Origin: an uncultured Planctomycetaceae bacterium
Lineage (GTDB): Bacteria; Planctomycetota; Planctomycetia; Isosphaerales; Isosphaeraceae
DNA length: 64,000 nucleotides
Reading direction: 5' to 3'
NCBI GenBank assembly: GCA_963833985.1
Contig: CAWIAD010000001.1
Location: 96,001 to 160,000 of the forward strand
Shown: positions 51,663 to 64,000 of the stretch, piece after piece
Layout: every line of letters begins with the position of its first letter
Position numbering within the stretch: the stretch's first letter is position 1
The notes under the pieces: model-generated
What the model was told of the DNA's origin: nothing
The model's database searches: none
Seen by the model: only the letters and a program-made list of their open reading frames with translations
Made by a program: the position numbers and the translations under genes

Positions 51663-53039
51663 ATGAACACCCCCCGAGATCGCTCACGGCCCGATCCCTC
51701 GCGTCGCGGTTTCCTTCAGCAAACATCCCTGGGCCTGGCCGCGGCCTCGGCCGCCGCGCAAGCGACCCTGCCCCTGGTGCACGCCGGGTCGGGATCGGCC
51801 GGGAAGGATGCCGGGATCAAGATCGGGCTGATCGGATGCGGCGGGCGCGGCACCGGTGCGGTGCTCGACGCCCTTGGCGCGGCCACACGTGTGATCTATC
51901 CCTCCGAGGGCTACCACACTGAGGACGTCGCCGAAGGGGCGAAGGTTGAGCACGCGAACATCCAGGTGGTCGCCCTGGCGGACCTGTTCGACGACCGGCT
52001 GGAGAAGACCCGGACCGAGCTCGGCAAGCTCGGCATCGACATCGCCAAAAACCGCTGCTTCACGGGCTTTGGCGGCTACTCGCAACTGCTCGAGATTCCC
52101 GAGATCAACTACGTCATCCTCGCCACGCCTCCTCATTTCCGGCCCATGCACCTGAAGGCCGCCATCGAGGCGGGCAAGAACGCCTTCATCGAGAAGCCAG
52201 CCGCCGTCGATGCGCCGGGCGTGCACATGGTCATGGAGGCCGGCGAGCTGGCCCGAAAGAAAGGCCTGGGCATCGCCGCCGGAACCCAGCGCAGGCACCA
52301 GAAGAGCTACATCGAGACGATCAAGCGCATCAAGGATGGGGCGATCGGCGAGATCGTCTACGCGAAGGCATACTGGAACGGCGGCCAGATCTGGGTGGTG
52401 GACAAGGAGTCGTCCTGGAGCGACATGGAGTGGCAGATTCGCAACTGGAACTACTTCACCTGGCTGGGCGGCGACCATATCGTCGAGCAGCACGTGCACA
52501 ACCTGGACGTGATGAACTGGGTGATCGGCGCGCACCCGATCCGCGCCGTCTCCGGCCTGGGCGGACGGCAGGCCCGGACGGGCGACAGGCAGGGCCATAT
52601 CTACGATCACTTCGCCGTGGAGTTCGAGTATCCCGGCGGGATCACGGTGTTCAGCCAGTGCCGGCAGATCAACGGCTGCGACAACATCGTCGGCGAGTTC
52701 GTCGCCGGCACGAAGGGTTCAAGCAACTGCACCGACCGCATCGAAAGCAAGGGCGGCTCGGGCCGCTGGCGCTACCGGGGCCCCTCATCCAGCCCGTACC
52801 ACCAGGAGCACCAGGACCTGATCGCCAGCATCCTCGCCGGCCAGCCGATCAACGAGGCGAGGACCATCGCGGAATCCACGCTCACCGGCATCCTCGGGCG
52901 TGAGGCCGTCTACAGCGGCCACGCCATCACCTGGGACGAGGCGATGAAGTCGAAGACCCGGCTGGGCCCGTCGGAATACAAGTTCGGCGCTTGCCCGATC
53001 CCGCCGGTCGCCATCCCGGGCCAGTACCGTTTCACCTGA
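51663..53039 (+). CDS. Tat-exported Gfo/Idh/MocA family oxidoreductase
   Basis: SRRGFL signal; IGLIGCGGRG, ATPPHFRP, EKP and GGDHIVEQHVHNLD motifs. Confidence 0.92.
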   Translation: MNTPRDRSRPDPSRRGFLQQTSLGLAAASAAAQATLPLVHAGSGSAGKDAGIKIGLIGCGGRGTGAVLDALGAATRVIYPSEGYHTEDVAEGAKVEHANIQVVALADLFDDRLEKTRTELGKLGIDIAKNRCFTGFGGYSQLLEIPEINYVILATPPHFRPMHLKAAIEAGKNAFIEKPAAVDAPGVHMVMEAGELARKKGLGIAAGTQRRHQKSYIETIKRIKDGAIGEIVYAKAYWNGGQIWVVDKESSWSDMEWQIRNWNYFTWLGGDHIVEQHVHNLDVMNWVIGAHPIRAVSGLGGRQARTGDRQGHIYDHFAVEFEYPGGITVFSQCRQINGCDNIVGEFVAGTKGSSNCTDRIESKGGSGRWRYRGPSSSPYHQEHQDLIASILAGQPINEARTIAESTLTGILGREAVYSGHAITWDEAMKSKTRLGPSEYKFGACPIPPVAIPGQYRFT

Positions 53040-53046
53040 GACGCTC

Positions 53047-53146
53047 TCCCCCGTGAGACACCATTCCAATGGTGTCTCTTAAATTGAATCATATTTTGAT
53101 TTATATTTTGTTCGATCACAAGATTGCCATCTTGTCTCACGGGGGA
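53047..53146. repeat. 100-bp REPIN with perfect 14-bp terminal inverted repeats and an AT-rich core
   Basis: TCCCCCGTGAGACA (53047-53060) / TGTCTCACGGGGGA (53133-53146); same REP family as 7721-7880. Confidence 0.85.
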
Positions 53147-53155
53147 TGATCTCAC

Positions 53156-56100
53156 ATGAACGAGAAGACGGGGATCGAGTCCCAGGGAGAGTGCTCCGAT
53201 TCTGGTTGCGGCTGCGACACGAGCCGGCGTCGGTTTCTCCAGGTCATCGTCCTGGGGGCCATGGGCTCGATGGCGAGAGCCGACGCGGCCGAGGCCATGG
53301 CCGGGCCCTTTGACGATTCGGATTTCGCCCGGCTCGTCCCCCCCGACAAGAAGCTCTCGGCGGCCTGGATCCGCTCGCTCTTCGAGCGCGGGGAAAGCAC
53401 CGTGTACCAGGGCGACGACCTGGCAAGAATCGGCATGCCCGTCGGCGGCCTCTGCGCGGGGCAGCTTTACCTGGGCGGCGACGGCAAGCTCTGGCACTGG
53501 GACATCTTCAACCGCGTCGAGCACACCAACGAGGCACACTACGCACAGCCGATGCGGCCGGGTTCGCCGCTGGACCAGGGCTTCGCGGTCCGGATCAAGC
53601 ACCAGGGCAAGACCGACCTGCGCACGCTCGACCGCGCGGGCTTTCCGGGCGTCCGCTTTCGCGGCGAGTACCCGATCGGCCTGGTCACTTACGCGGACCC
53701 GTCCTGCCCGGTCGAGGTGATACTGGAAGCCTTCTCGCCCTTCATTCCCTTGAACACCGACGATTCCGGCCTGCCCGCGACGATCCTCTGCTACCGGGTG
53801 AAGAACCTGGCGCAGCAGCCGGTCGAGGTCGAGCTGGGCGGCTGGCTGGAAAACGCGGTTTGCCTGGATACCGGCCAGCCCGCCGACGGCCTGCGGCAGA
53901 ACGCCATCGTGCGTGAACCGGGAGTGCTGTGGCTGGACTGCTCGGCCCAGGCCGCGCCCGAGCCGCCCTCGCGTGATCCGCGTCCGGCCATCGTCCTGGC
54001 CGACTTCGAGGGCGAGACGTACGGGGCCTGGACCGCGGAAGGCCAGGCTTTCGGCGTGCGGCCCAGCCATGGCGCGCCCGGGCCAGAACAACACCTTCGC
54101 GGCTTCCAGGGGAAGGGGCTCGCCAACACCTGGACCGGCAGTGACGGTCCGCAAGGCAAGCTCACCTCGCCCACATTCACGCTCGACCGCGACCACCTCA
54201 ACTTCCTGATCGGCGGGGGGAACCACCCCGGCGAGACCTGCATCAACCTGAAGGTCGACGGCGCCGTGGTGCGCACGGCCACCGGTCCGAGCAGCGACGC
54301 GATGGCCTGGGCGTCGTGGGACGTGCGCGACCTGGCGGGGAAGCCGGCGCGGATCGAGATCGTCGATCACCACTCCGGAGACTGGGGCCATATCGACATC
54401 GACCAGGTCGAGCTGGCCGATACGTCGCGGGTGCCGCGCCTTCCGCTGGCTCGACGCCGGGACTTCGGGACCATGACCCTCGCCCTGCTGGAGGCCGGGC
54501 CGGACGACCGCGGCTCGGCGTCCATTCCGGCGGCAGGAACAGCCGAGGCCGTCTTCAGTGCGGGCCTTCCCGGTTCCAGGCCTTTCGGCACCAGGCTGGT
54601 CGGATCTCTGGTGCGGACGATGAAACTTGATCCCGGCGCGGAGGCGACGGCCCGGTTTGTCATCACCTGGCATTTCCCGAACCTGTCGCTTCCCGGCACG
54701 CGGCTCCCCGCCGACCTGGGCCGGTACTACGCCACGCGGTTCGCCTCCGCCGCGGACGTCACCCGCTACATCGCCAGCGAGCATCACCGGCTGGAACGCG
54801 AGACGCGGCTCTGGCATCAGACCTGGTACGATTCCACCCTGCCCCACTGGTTCCTGGACCGGACGTTCGCCAACACCTCGATCCTGGCGACGTCCACCTG
54901 CCATCGCTTCCGGAACGGCCGGTTCTACGGCTGGGAAGGCGTGGGCTGCTGTGCGGGAACCTGCACCCACGTCTGGCATTACGCCCATGCCGTGGCGCGG
55001 CTCTTTCCCGAGCTGGAGCGGATTCTTCGAGAGCGTGTCGACTTCGCGCCCGGCGTGGGCTTCGACCCCGCAACGGGCATCGTCAGCCACCGCGCGGAGG
55101 AGCCGGTGGGCCCGGCGGTGGACGGCCAGGCGGGGAACATCCTGCGCACGTACCGCGAGCATCAGATGTCGGTGGACTCGGCGTTTCTGAAGCGTCTCTG
55201 GCCGCGGGTGAAGCAGGCCCTCGAGTACCTGATCCGGCACGATCCCAACAGTGACGGCCTGCTCGAGGGAGCGCAGCACAACACGCTGGACGCCCAGTGG
55301 TTCGGCGTGGTGCCCTGGCTCAGCTCGCTGTACATCGCGGCGCTGGCCGCCGGTGAGGCCATGGCGATCGAGCTCGGTGACCGGGAGTTCGCCCGGCTCT
55401 GCCGGCAGCTTGCCGAGCGCGGGTCGAAGAACCTCGTCGCGACCCTCTGGAACGAGTCGTACGGCTACTTCATCCAGCACCCGGATCCCGCGCACGCCCG
55501 GGCGGTTGGCTCCTATGACGGCTGCGAGATCGACCAGGTCTTCGGCCAGCACTGGGCCTTTCAGGTGGGCCTCGACCGCATCCTCGACGCACCGCACGCG
55601 CAGCGGGCCTTGCGGTCGCTCTGGACGTACAACTTCACGCCCGACGTCGGCCCCTACCGCAAGGTGCACACGGCGGGGCGGTGGTACGCCATGCCCGGTG
55701 AGGCCGGGCTGCTGATGGTCACCTTCCCGAAGGGGAACGACCCCCAGATCAACGACCCGACCGGCGGCTGGTCGGCCATGTACTTCAATGAGTGCATGAA
55801 CGGCTTCGAGTACCAGGCAGCCGGCCACATGATCTGGGAGAACCTGGTGCAGGAGGGCCTGGCGATCACTCGAGCCATCCATGACCGCTATCACGGCTCA
55901 CGGCGTAACCCCTGGAACGAGGTCGAGTGTGGCGACCATTACGCCCGGTCGATGGCCAGTTACGCCGTCTTTCTGGCCGCCTGCGGCTACAACCATCACG
56001 GACCGAAGGGGTCGCTCGCGTTCGCGCCCGGATCGGGGCCGACGACTTTCGCGCCGCCTTCACCACCGCCGAAGGCTGGGGCACCTTCTCCCAGCGCCGG

Positions 56101-56337
56101 GGCGATCGTGAACTCACCGCCACGCTTGACGTCCGCTGGGGACGCCTCAGGCTTGAGCACCTGCGACTCGTCCACAGGGACACATTCCAGCCATCGGAGC
56201 TCACTGTGAGCCTTGCCGGGAAGCCTCTCGCGGGCGTGCGCTTCCGGCCCGGCCAGCCGGCGACCGTCCTGGACATCGAGTTCCCCGAGCCGGTTCTGAT
56301 CGAGTCAGGTCGCCAGCTTTCCTTGCGAGTGCGTTAA
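53156..56337 (+). CDS. Tat-exported GH116 family glycoside hydrolase (frameshift ~56030)
   Basis: SRRRFL; IGMPVGGLCAG, AFSPFIP, GWEGVGCC.GTCTHVW, HNTLD and RRNPWNEVECGDHYARSM; C-terminus in the 55927..56337 frame. Confidence 0.88.
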
Positions 56338-56670
56338 CACGGCGGCCAGGCAATTGGTCGTAAATCGCAGTGCTTCGACCACTTGCGCCGCGGGGGCAGA
56401 CCCATCCTGGTTCGGCCGGCCTCTCAGGCAGTCGCTGCTGCAATTCCTGCTTTTCTTGTTGTCTTTCGGGACATCAGGTCAATCCGCTTGTTTTCGGGTG
56501 CCGAACCCGGAAACGGGTGTCATACTTCATGAGGAGCAGTGTTGCGAGGTCGCACCTCTCCTGTGGTAAGTTATCAACGGTTTCTGACGACCGGAGAGGC
56601 GCTGGAGCCAGGGTTGTGGGGTTCTGAGGCATGGTTGGATGACCATGTACGGAGATGGAGGGGTCACCGG

Positions 56671-58020
56671 ATGATGGGGCATGGAGGAGTTCGAGGCGGC
56701 CTTGCCGGGCTGTTTCTGGCATTTCACCTGGCAACAGGGGCGAGCCTGGCATCTGGGGCGGAGCCTCGGCCGAACATCGTGCTCATTGTCGCCGATGACC
56801 TGGGCGTGGCCGACGTGGGCTACAACGGCCGGACCGAGTGGTCGACCCCGAACCTGGACCGGCTGGCAGCCGGCGGCATGATTCTCAGGCGGTGCTACGT
56901 CGGGTCGCCGGTGTGCGGACCTAGCCGCGCCTGCTATTTGACCGGCCGGTATTCTATTCACAACGGAGTCCGCAGGAACGATCAGGACCTGCCGGCCGAG
57001 GAAGTGACCATCGCCGAGGCGCTCCGGCCGCGCGGTTATCACAGCGGGCTCTTCGGCAAATGGCAGCATGGCAAGCCACGTGCCGGGGCCGAACATTACG
57101 TGCACCCCATGGATCAGGGGTTCGACGATTTCTACGGCTATACCGACTCGTACGACGCTCTCGAGAAGTTTCCGGTGCAGGTCTGGCAGGGACGACAGCG
57201 CGTGCCTGTATCCGGGTATATCGATGACGTGATCACCGACCAGGCGATCGCCTTCGTGGATCACCGCAAGGACGGCCCGTTCTTCCTGAATCTCTCCTAC
57301 CTGGCGCCCCACTTCGCCATCTCGGCCCCCGTCGACGAGGTCGAACATCGTAAATCGGCGATGCCCGGTGAGGAGCCTCAGCATTCCCGAAACGCAACGT
57401 ATGCGGCGATGATCACACGGATGGATTGGAACATCGGCCGACTGCTTGATAGAATGGGACAGGCCGGCGTGACGGCCAGGACGTTGATCGTCTTCACGAG
57501 CGACAACGGCGCGACGTTCGAGTTCGGCAATCAGGGCACCAGCGCGGCGCTCGATAGCAACCGCCCGTTGCGCGGCCAGAAACGCACGCTCTGGGAGGGG
57601 GGCATTCGAGTTCCGGGGTTCGTATTCTGGCCAGGCAAGGTGCCGGCCGGCCGGGTCTGCGATGAGAACGTTCTGTTGATGGACCTGCTTCCCACGTTCG
57701 TGGCCGCCTCTGGAGGTACGGTCGAGCCGTCCTGGAAGATCGACGGCGTGAACTTGCTGCCGGTCTGGACCGGTACGGCTCATGCGCCTGAACGGACCAT
57801 GTTCTGGGAATGGCAGAGCGAAGGTACCGACCAGCTGGCGGCCCTCCGGGGCGACTGGAAACTCGTGATGGACCATGGTGGCAAGCCCGAGCTCTACGAC
57901 CTTGCCGCGGACCCCGCCGAGCGGCGCGACCTGTCCGCGACCCACCCCGAGCAAGTTCGTCGGCTTCGATCGGAGCTCGAATCCTGGATGGCGACCCAGG
58001 ACCCGCGCGGAAGGGAATAA
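56671..58020 (+). CDS. Formylglycine-dependent sulfatase (arylsulfatase-like)
   Basis: RPNIVLIVADDLG, CGPSRACYLTGRY (CxPxR), GKWQ, SDNG and EGGIRVP motifs; signal peptide. Confidence 0.93.
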   Translation: MMGHGGVRGGLAGLFLAFHLATGASLASGAEPRPNIVLIVADDLGVADVGYNGRTEWSTPNLDRLAAGGMILRRCYVGSPVCGPSRACYLTGRYSIHNGVRRNDQDLPAEEVTIAEALRPRGYHSGLFGKWQHGKPRAGAEHYVHPMDQGFDDFYGYTDSYDALEKFPVQVWQGRQRVPVSGYIDDVITDQAIAFVDHRKDGPFFLNLSYLAPHFAISAPVDEVEHRKSAMPGEEPQHSRNATYAAMITRMDWNIGRLLDRMGQAGVTARTLIVFTSDNGATFEFGNQGTSAALDSNRPLRGQKRTLWEGGIRVPGFVFWPGKVPAGRVCDENVLLMDLLPTFVAASGGTVEPSWKIDGVNLLPVWTGTAHAPERTMFWEWQSEGTDQLAALRGDWKLVMDHGGKPELYDLAADPAERRDLSATHPEQVRRLRSELESWMATQDPRGRE

Positions 58021-58141
58021 GCGGCCACGCAGCGCCGCGGTGTGAGACACCACGTTGTTCACGGCCGGATTGGGACGCCGGCCAGCCCGATGGTCGATCC
58101 GTGAATGGAACGGCTTCCCGACACGGTGAAAGGCTCAAGTC

Positions 58142-58699
58142 ATGAAAGCATCCATGCCGTTTTTCCTGATTCTTCTTGGCCTTAGCGCGTTCGGGTCCGA
58201 CGAGGTCGCGCCCAGAGACGGCGACCTGGCCCGCCTTCAGGGGCAGTGGTGCGCGAAGGCCGGCAGCCGGCGCGACATCCAGGTGCAGATCGAGATCAAG
58301 GGCCGTGCAGTCCGGGCCCAGATCAAGACGCCGCAAGGCCTTGATTTCAAGGTTCAGGCCGAGGTGAAGCTCGACGAGACGACCAACCCGCGCAGCCTGG
58401 ACTGGAAGAAGCTGAAGGGACCCGACCAGCAGCCGCTGCCGGAAATCGCGGCGGTGTACAAGCTCGACGGCGATACCTTCACCGTCTGCAACGGGGGTTT
58501 CCTCGGCCCCAGGCCGAAGGAGTTCAAGCCCGGCGAAGGTGTGCTCTCCGACGTGGTCGTCTTCCATCGCCTGGACGCGAAGCCCTCGGCCACCCGGACC
58601 CAAGCACCGTCCCCTGCCCCTGCCCCTGCCTCTGACCCTGCCCGGACCGACTCCCGGTCCACCGTCGCTGCCCGGCCTCCCTCCAAGGCCGCACGCTGA
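58142..58699 (+). CDS. Secreted TIGR03067-type domain protein
   Basis: DLARLQGQW...KLDETTNPRSLDW...AVYKLDGDTFTVC...RPKEF. Confidence 0.8.
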   Translation: MKASMPFFLILLGLSAFGSDEVAPRDGDLARLQGQWCAKAGSRRDIQVQIEIKGRAVRAQIKTPQGLDFKVQAEVKLDETTNPRSLDWKKLKGPDQQPLPEIAAVYKLDGDTFTVCNGGFLGPRPKEFKPGEGVLSDVVVFHRLDAKPSATRTQAPSPAPAPASDPARTDSRSTVAARPPSKAAR

Positions 58700-58908
58700 A
58701 GTCCTGCAACGGAGACTCAGCCCCCTCCCGACCACCCTGAGTCGCCGTCGCCGAGTGCCCCACGACCAGCAGGCCCGCGCGATCGCACCCGGGCCCCGCG
58801 CTGCTCGCGCGCGCCGCGGCTTCTTACGCCCCGCACCTGGCATCCGCTTTGCTGACCACTCCTGCCGGAGACGTGAATTCGAGCCCCCCAGCTCCAGGAG
58901 CCCGCACC

Positions 58909-59103
58909 ATGGCGAAATTTGGTCCCAAGGCCCAGGAAGAGGTCAAGGAAGCGATGCACGAGTTCAAGGAAGGGAAGCTCAAGAGCGGTGGCAAGTCCAG
59001 GAAGAAGGTCACAAACCCCAAGCAGGCCATTGCCATCGGCCTGTCCAAGGCGCGCAAAGAGGAAGCGAAGGTGCCCAGGAAGAGCTCCAAGAAGAGTGAC
59101 TGA
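58909..59103 (+). CDS. Small basic DUF6496-like protein
   Basis: AGGAG RBS; VKEAMHEFKEGKLKSG...VTNPKQAIAIGLSKAR. Confidence 0.8.
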   Translation: MAKFGPKAQEEVKEAMHEFKEGKLKSGGKSRKKVTNPKQAIAIGLSKARKEEAKVPRKSSKKSD

Positions 59104-59122
59104 GCCGCCCCGCTCGTGCGGT

Positions 59123-59425
59123 TCACGTCAACTGCCGGGGAAATGTTCGCTCCATGATCCGCTTCAGGCCCGCGGAGAGCGGCCCGCCGAGCAGCCGGCC
59201 AAGCATCGCGATATCGCCCGTGGCGTGCACGTTCTCCGCGTCCACCAGCATCTCCAGCCAGAACCCCGCCCCGTCGATGCGCACCTGGCTGCGATCCTCG
59301 TTCCAGTTCACCTGCTGGATGAGCGGTCCGAACAGCTTGCGCAGCTCCCCCAGCGCGTACTCCAGCCGGCCCTTCGCCTCGTCCCGGGTCTGACCGTGCT
59401 TCAGGCTCATCGTGATCAGCGACAT
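59123..59425 (-). CDS. Polyhydroxyalkanoate-system (PHA_gran_rgn-like) small protein
   Basis: MSLITMSLKHGQTRDEAKGRL...VNW pattern; 100 aa. Confidence 0.6.
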   Translation of the reverse strand: MSLITMSLKHGQTRDEAKGRLEYALGELRKLFGPLIQQVNWNEDRSQVRIDGAGFWLEMLVDAENVHATGDIAMLGRLLGGPLSAGLKRIMERTFPRQLT

Positions 59426-59533
59426 CGTGATCTCTCGCCTACCGGCGCGGACGCCGCGAAAGGATCCTGATAAAACAGAGATCGTTCTGCAAGCTCACAC
59501 GCAGCTATCGTGCCGAGACACGGAGACAGGCCG

Positions 59534-60445
59534 ATGCAGGCAGCCCGCGCGGCATTTCCCGGATCGACGGAACTCTTCATCACGCGCTCCGGCCGACCGC
59601 TGGAGGTGCAGGAATACGGCGATCGGGCTGGACACCCGGCGCTCTTCTTCCACGGGCTCATTGGCTCGCACTACCAGGCCTCGTACATTGCCTCGGAGGC
59701 GAAGCGCCACGGGCTGCGAATCATTGCGCCCAACCGCCCTGGCGTGGGCAGGTCGCAGTTCGTCCACCGCGATACGGCCCTGGAAGTTGTTCCGGATGTC
59801 GAGGACCTGACGGCCGCCCTGAAGATCGATCAATTCAGCATGATCGGCATCTCGGGCGGAACACCTTATGCGCTGGCGTGCTTGTATCGGCTGGGTCCGC
59901 GGATCGCCAGCACGACGATCATCAGCGGCATGGGCCCGATGCGGTTGCCCGGCGCACTCCAGGGCATGGACCGCCAGCGCCGGATGGCTCTGGAGGTTGG
60001 CTCGCGCTATTCCCACCTGGCGAAGAACGAGGCCCGGCGCTGGGGCGAGCGCTTCCGGTCCCAGCCGGCCGCGTTCCTCCGCGCCCTGGTACTGACCTGG
60101 CCCGCCACGGACCAGGAGATCTTTGCCCGCCCGGAGATCTTCGACCTCTTCCTCCAGGACCTGCGCCAGGTCTTCATGGACGGCGACGGTCCCGAGACCT
60201 TCGCGCAGGAGCTGCGCCTGTACCGCAATTACCGCTTCAGCCTGGCCGAATTGCCCCGCGATGGCCACGTGACGCTTTGGCAAGGCTTGCACGACGTCAT
60301 CGTGCCGCCGGTCATGGGCTGGAAGCTGGCCCAGGCCATTCCATCGTGCGAGGCCCACTTCGTTCCGGGCGGCCATTTCGTGGCGATCACCATCGCGGAG
60401 CAGATCATTGCGCGGCTCGAGCAGCAGCTTGGTCGAGGAGACTGA
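59534..60445 (+). CDS. Alpha/beta hydrolase
   Basis: EYGD..G.P.LFFHG, NRPGVGRS, GISGG nucleophile elbow, WQG..D...P and GGH motifs. Confidence 0.9.
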   Translation: MQAARAAFPGSTELFITRSGRPLEVQEYGDRAGHPALFFHGLIGSHYQASYIASEAKRHGLRIIAPNRPGVGRSQFVHRDTALEVVPDVEDLTAALKIDQFSMIGISGGTPYALACLYRLGPRIASTTIISGMGPMRLPGALQGMDRQRRMALEVGSRYSHLAKNEARRWGERFRSQPAAFLRALVLTWPATDQEIFARPEIFDLFLQDLRQVFMDGDGPETFAQELRLYRNYRFSLAELPRDGHVTLWQGLHDVIVPPVMGWKLAQAIPSCEAHFVPGGHFVAITIAEQIIARLEQQLGRGD

Positions 60446-60557
60446 GCCGAGCCGCGCGGAGCCACCCGCGCGAAGAGCATGTTTCTGTTCGTGGGCTTGC
60501 ACTAGGTTGGTTATTCACATATCAATAAAACATTCGCTCTGTCGCGGATCGCTCCGG

Positions 60558-62272
60558 TTATTCCAGTTGCGGCCGCATGGGGAGATAGTGCGGTTGCCAC
60601 ATCGTCTCGTCGACCATCCGCTCGAGTTCGTCGGCGGAGCACGCGGCAGCCAGACCTTCAGCCTGGGCAGCCACGGCGACCGCCAGCGCAATGGCACGCG
60701 CCACCGCTCGAGACTCCTCCAGGGGTGGCAGGAGCGGCCCGTTTGGGTCTTGCCGCGCCGGGCGCTCCCGGCAAGCGCCTGCGCGGCCGACATCAACATG
60801 GCGTCGCTCACGCGCCGGGCCTTGACCGCCAGTACGCCCAGCCCTAACCCCGGGAAAACGTAACTGTTGTTGCACTGCGCGATGGGATACGTCCGGCCGT
60901 CGTGAGAGACGGGCTCGAACGGACTGCCGGTCGCAACCAGGGCACGGCCGTCGCTCCAGGCAATCAGGTCTCGCGGCTTCGCCTCGGAGCGCGAGGTGGG
61001 ATTTGAAAGTGGGAAGATGATCGGCCGGTCGACGTGCTGCGTCATGGCCCGCACGACGGCTTCGCTGAAAACTCCGGGTTGCCCTGAAGTGCCGATCAGG
61101 ATGGTGGGACGCGCATTCCGAACCACGTCGCCCAGGCTGACGGCTGCGTCGGAGCCGGAGCGCCAGGAGGCAATCCGCTCGCTGGGCTGAGCAAACCTCC
61201 GGGCCGCGGATGTCAGTCCCGCCAGCCCATCGTGCAGAAGCCCTTCCCGGTCGACCAGGAAGAACCGCGACCGCGCCTCGCCTTCGGCCAGCCCCTCCGC
61301 GACCATGGCCGCGACCAGTTGCTCGGCGATGCCGGTTCCCGCCGAACCCGCGCCGAGGATCACCACGCGCTGGTCGCGCAGTTGCCCGCCGGCCACACTC
61401 ACGGCGGCCAGCAGCGCTCCGGTGGTCACGGCCGCCGTCCCCTGAATATCGTCGTTGAACGTGCACAGCCGGTCGCGATAGCGCTCCAGGATGGGAGCCG
61501 CGTGCGGCTTTGCGAAATCTTCCCACTGAAGCAAGGCGTGGGGGAACTTGTGCTCGACCGAGGCGACGAAGGCTTCGATGAACGAATCGTATTCTTCACC
61601 GGCGATCCGCTCGTGCCGCCAGCCCACGTACATCGGGTCTTCGAGACGCTCCTTGTTGTTCGTGCCCACGTCCAGCAGCACCGGCAGAGTGGTCGCAGGG
61701 TGAATCCCTCCGCAGGCCGCGTACAGGGAAAGCTTGCCGATGGGAATGCCCATTCCTCCGGCACCCTGGTCTCCCAGCCCGAGGATCCGTTCGCCGTCGG
61801 TCACGACGATCAGCTCGATGCGCGGACTGGGAGCGTTGCCGAGAATCTCCTCCAGGCTGTCACGCTCCGGATAGGCCACGAACAGCCCGCGCGGGCGTCG
61901 GAAGATATGGCTGAATCGCTCGCACGCCAGGCCGACGGTCGGCGTGTAGATCACCGGCATCATCTCGCTGATGTGGTCGATGAGCACCCGGTAGAACAGC
62001 GTCTCGTTCGTATCCTGAAGCTGGCGCAGGTAGATGTGCCGTTCCAGGTCGGACGGCTTGTCCTGGTAGGCCTCGTACGCGCGGGCCGCCTGCTCCTCCA
62101 GACTCTCCTCGACAGGAGGCAGCAGCCCGAGCAGCCCGAACTGGTGCCGCTCTTCCCGGGTGAAGGCCGTCCCCTTGTTGAGCAGGGGCTTTTCCAGCAG
62201 GAGATGACCGGCGAACGGGACGCGCAATGCCGCCTGTTCCGGCCTGCCGCTGACCATCGTTTCTTTGTCCAT
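60558..62272 (-). CDS. maeA: NAD-dependent malic enzyme (frameshift ~60765)
   Basis: [48 protein letters not shown] and QCNN motifs; C-terminus PLLPPL...MWQPHY in an alternative frame. Confidence 0.93.
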
Positions 62273-62579
62273 CAGGCTCCTCCGCGGGCCGATTCTCGGT
62301 GGTTGCCGCTCGTCCATCCTGAACGAGGCGGAATTTATTTATTCATTCACACTCGCACCCCAGATCAAGAAGTAATCGAACTCCCCGAAATCCAAGCAGT
62401 CAAAACGGTCCCTCACCCTTCCCGGCAACGCATACGGTGACTGACTGCGATGATCCTCAGTCGATCCCGAAATTGCAACGTGCCAGCCGCCCATTGGACA
62501 CCGATCCAGGAAGCAAGTACCGGGCCAGAGGTTCCCGAGCACGCGGCCACGTGCTCCAGCACGCAGCAGCACCGAACGC

Positions 62580-62645
62580 ATGGCCGCGTGCGCCAGCACT
62601 TGGTTTTCACGGGCGCAGCTTCCAGCCTCGGGCCTCCGCCCGGCC
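62580..62645. repeat. Solitary diverged, inverted copy of the 28-kb repeat unit
   Basis: Reverse complement aligns ungapped to 28185-28250 at 54/66 nt (manual count). Confidence 0.8.
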
Positions 62646-62906
62646 AGTACCCCGCCGCCCGCCCGATCCGAACGTCGCGCCATCACACCCACCGCCCTGT
62701 CACTGCCGCCCGCCCGCAGCACCGCGCTTCTGTTTTTTGTCCTTGTCCACGTCTTACCTGGGGCATCCGGAGAATAGCATGTGTAGTCTCCGCATTCTTG
62801 GCGAAGAAAGTGATTGCTCATCGAACCGGCGAGACAGGCGGCACCAGAGCCATGATGCCTCGCGAGATGTGTGCACCCCGCTCCTTCCCGCTGCTTCGTG
62901 ACCGAG

Positions 62907-64000
<1,094 letters not shown>

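Overview
GC-rich bacterial chromosomal segment. Its gene content (DUF1501 protein, ECF sigma factor fused to a TIGR03067-type domain, many Tat-exported enzymes, sulfatase, large TPR proteins) points to a planctomycete, probably Isosphaeraceae-like; this taxonomy is inference. The window holds about 48 protein-coding genes and one tRNA-Leu(TAG). About a dozen genes are split by 1-2 nt indels, which looks like an uncorrected long-read assembly rather than real pseudogenisation. No CRISPR array, rRNA, prophage or intact IS was found. Most notable items: (i) a TadE-TadE-TadG/vWA pilin cassette followed directly by a PilH/PilI-like ABC exporter and then an SdpA/SdpB-like HTTM pair; (ii) a ~1680-aa TPR protein with an embedded C39-type cysteine protease; (iii) three tandem TatA-like genes without tatC; (iv) a chimeric scar of an IS701 remnant and a dead RAYT/Y1 transposase, abutting a 137-bp REP-containing tandem array; (v) several distinct REP/REPIN families, one of which covers a ribosome-binding site. 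All family assignments come from motif recognition by eye, not database searches.
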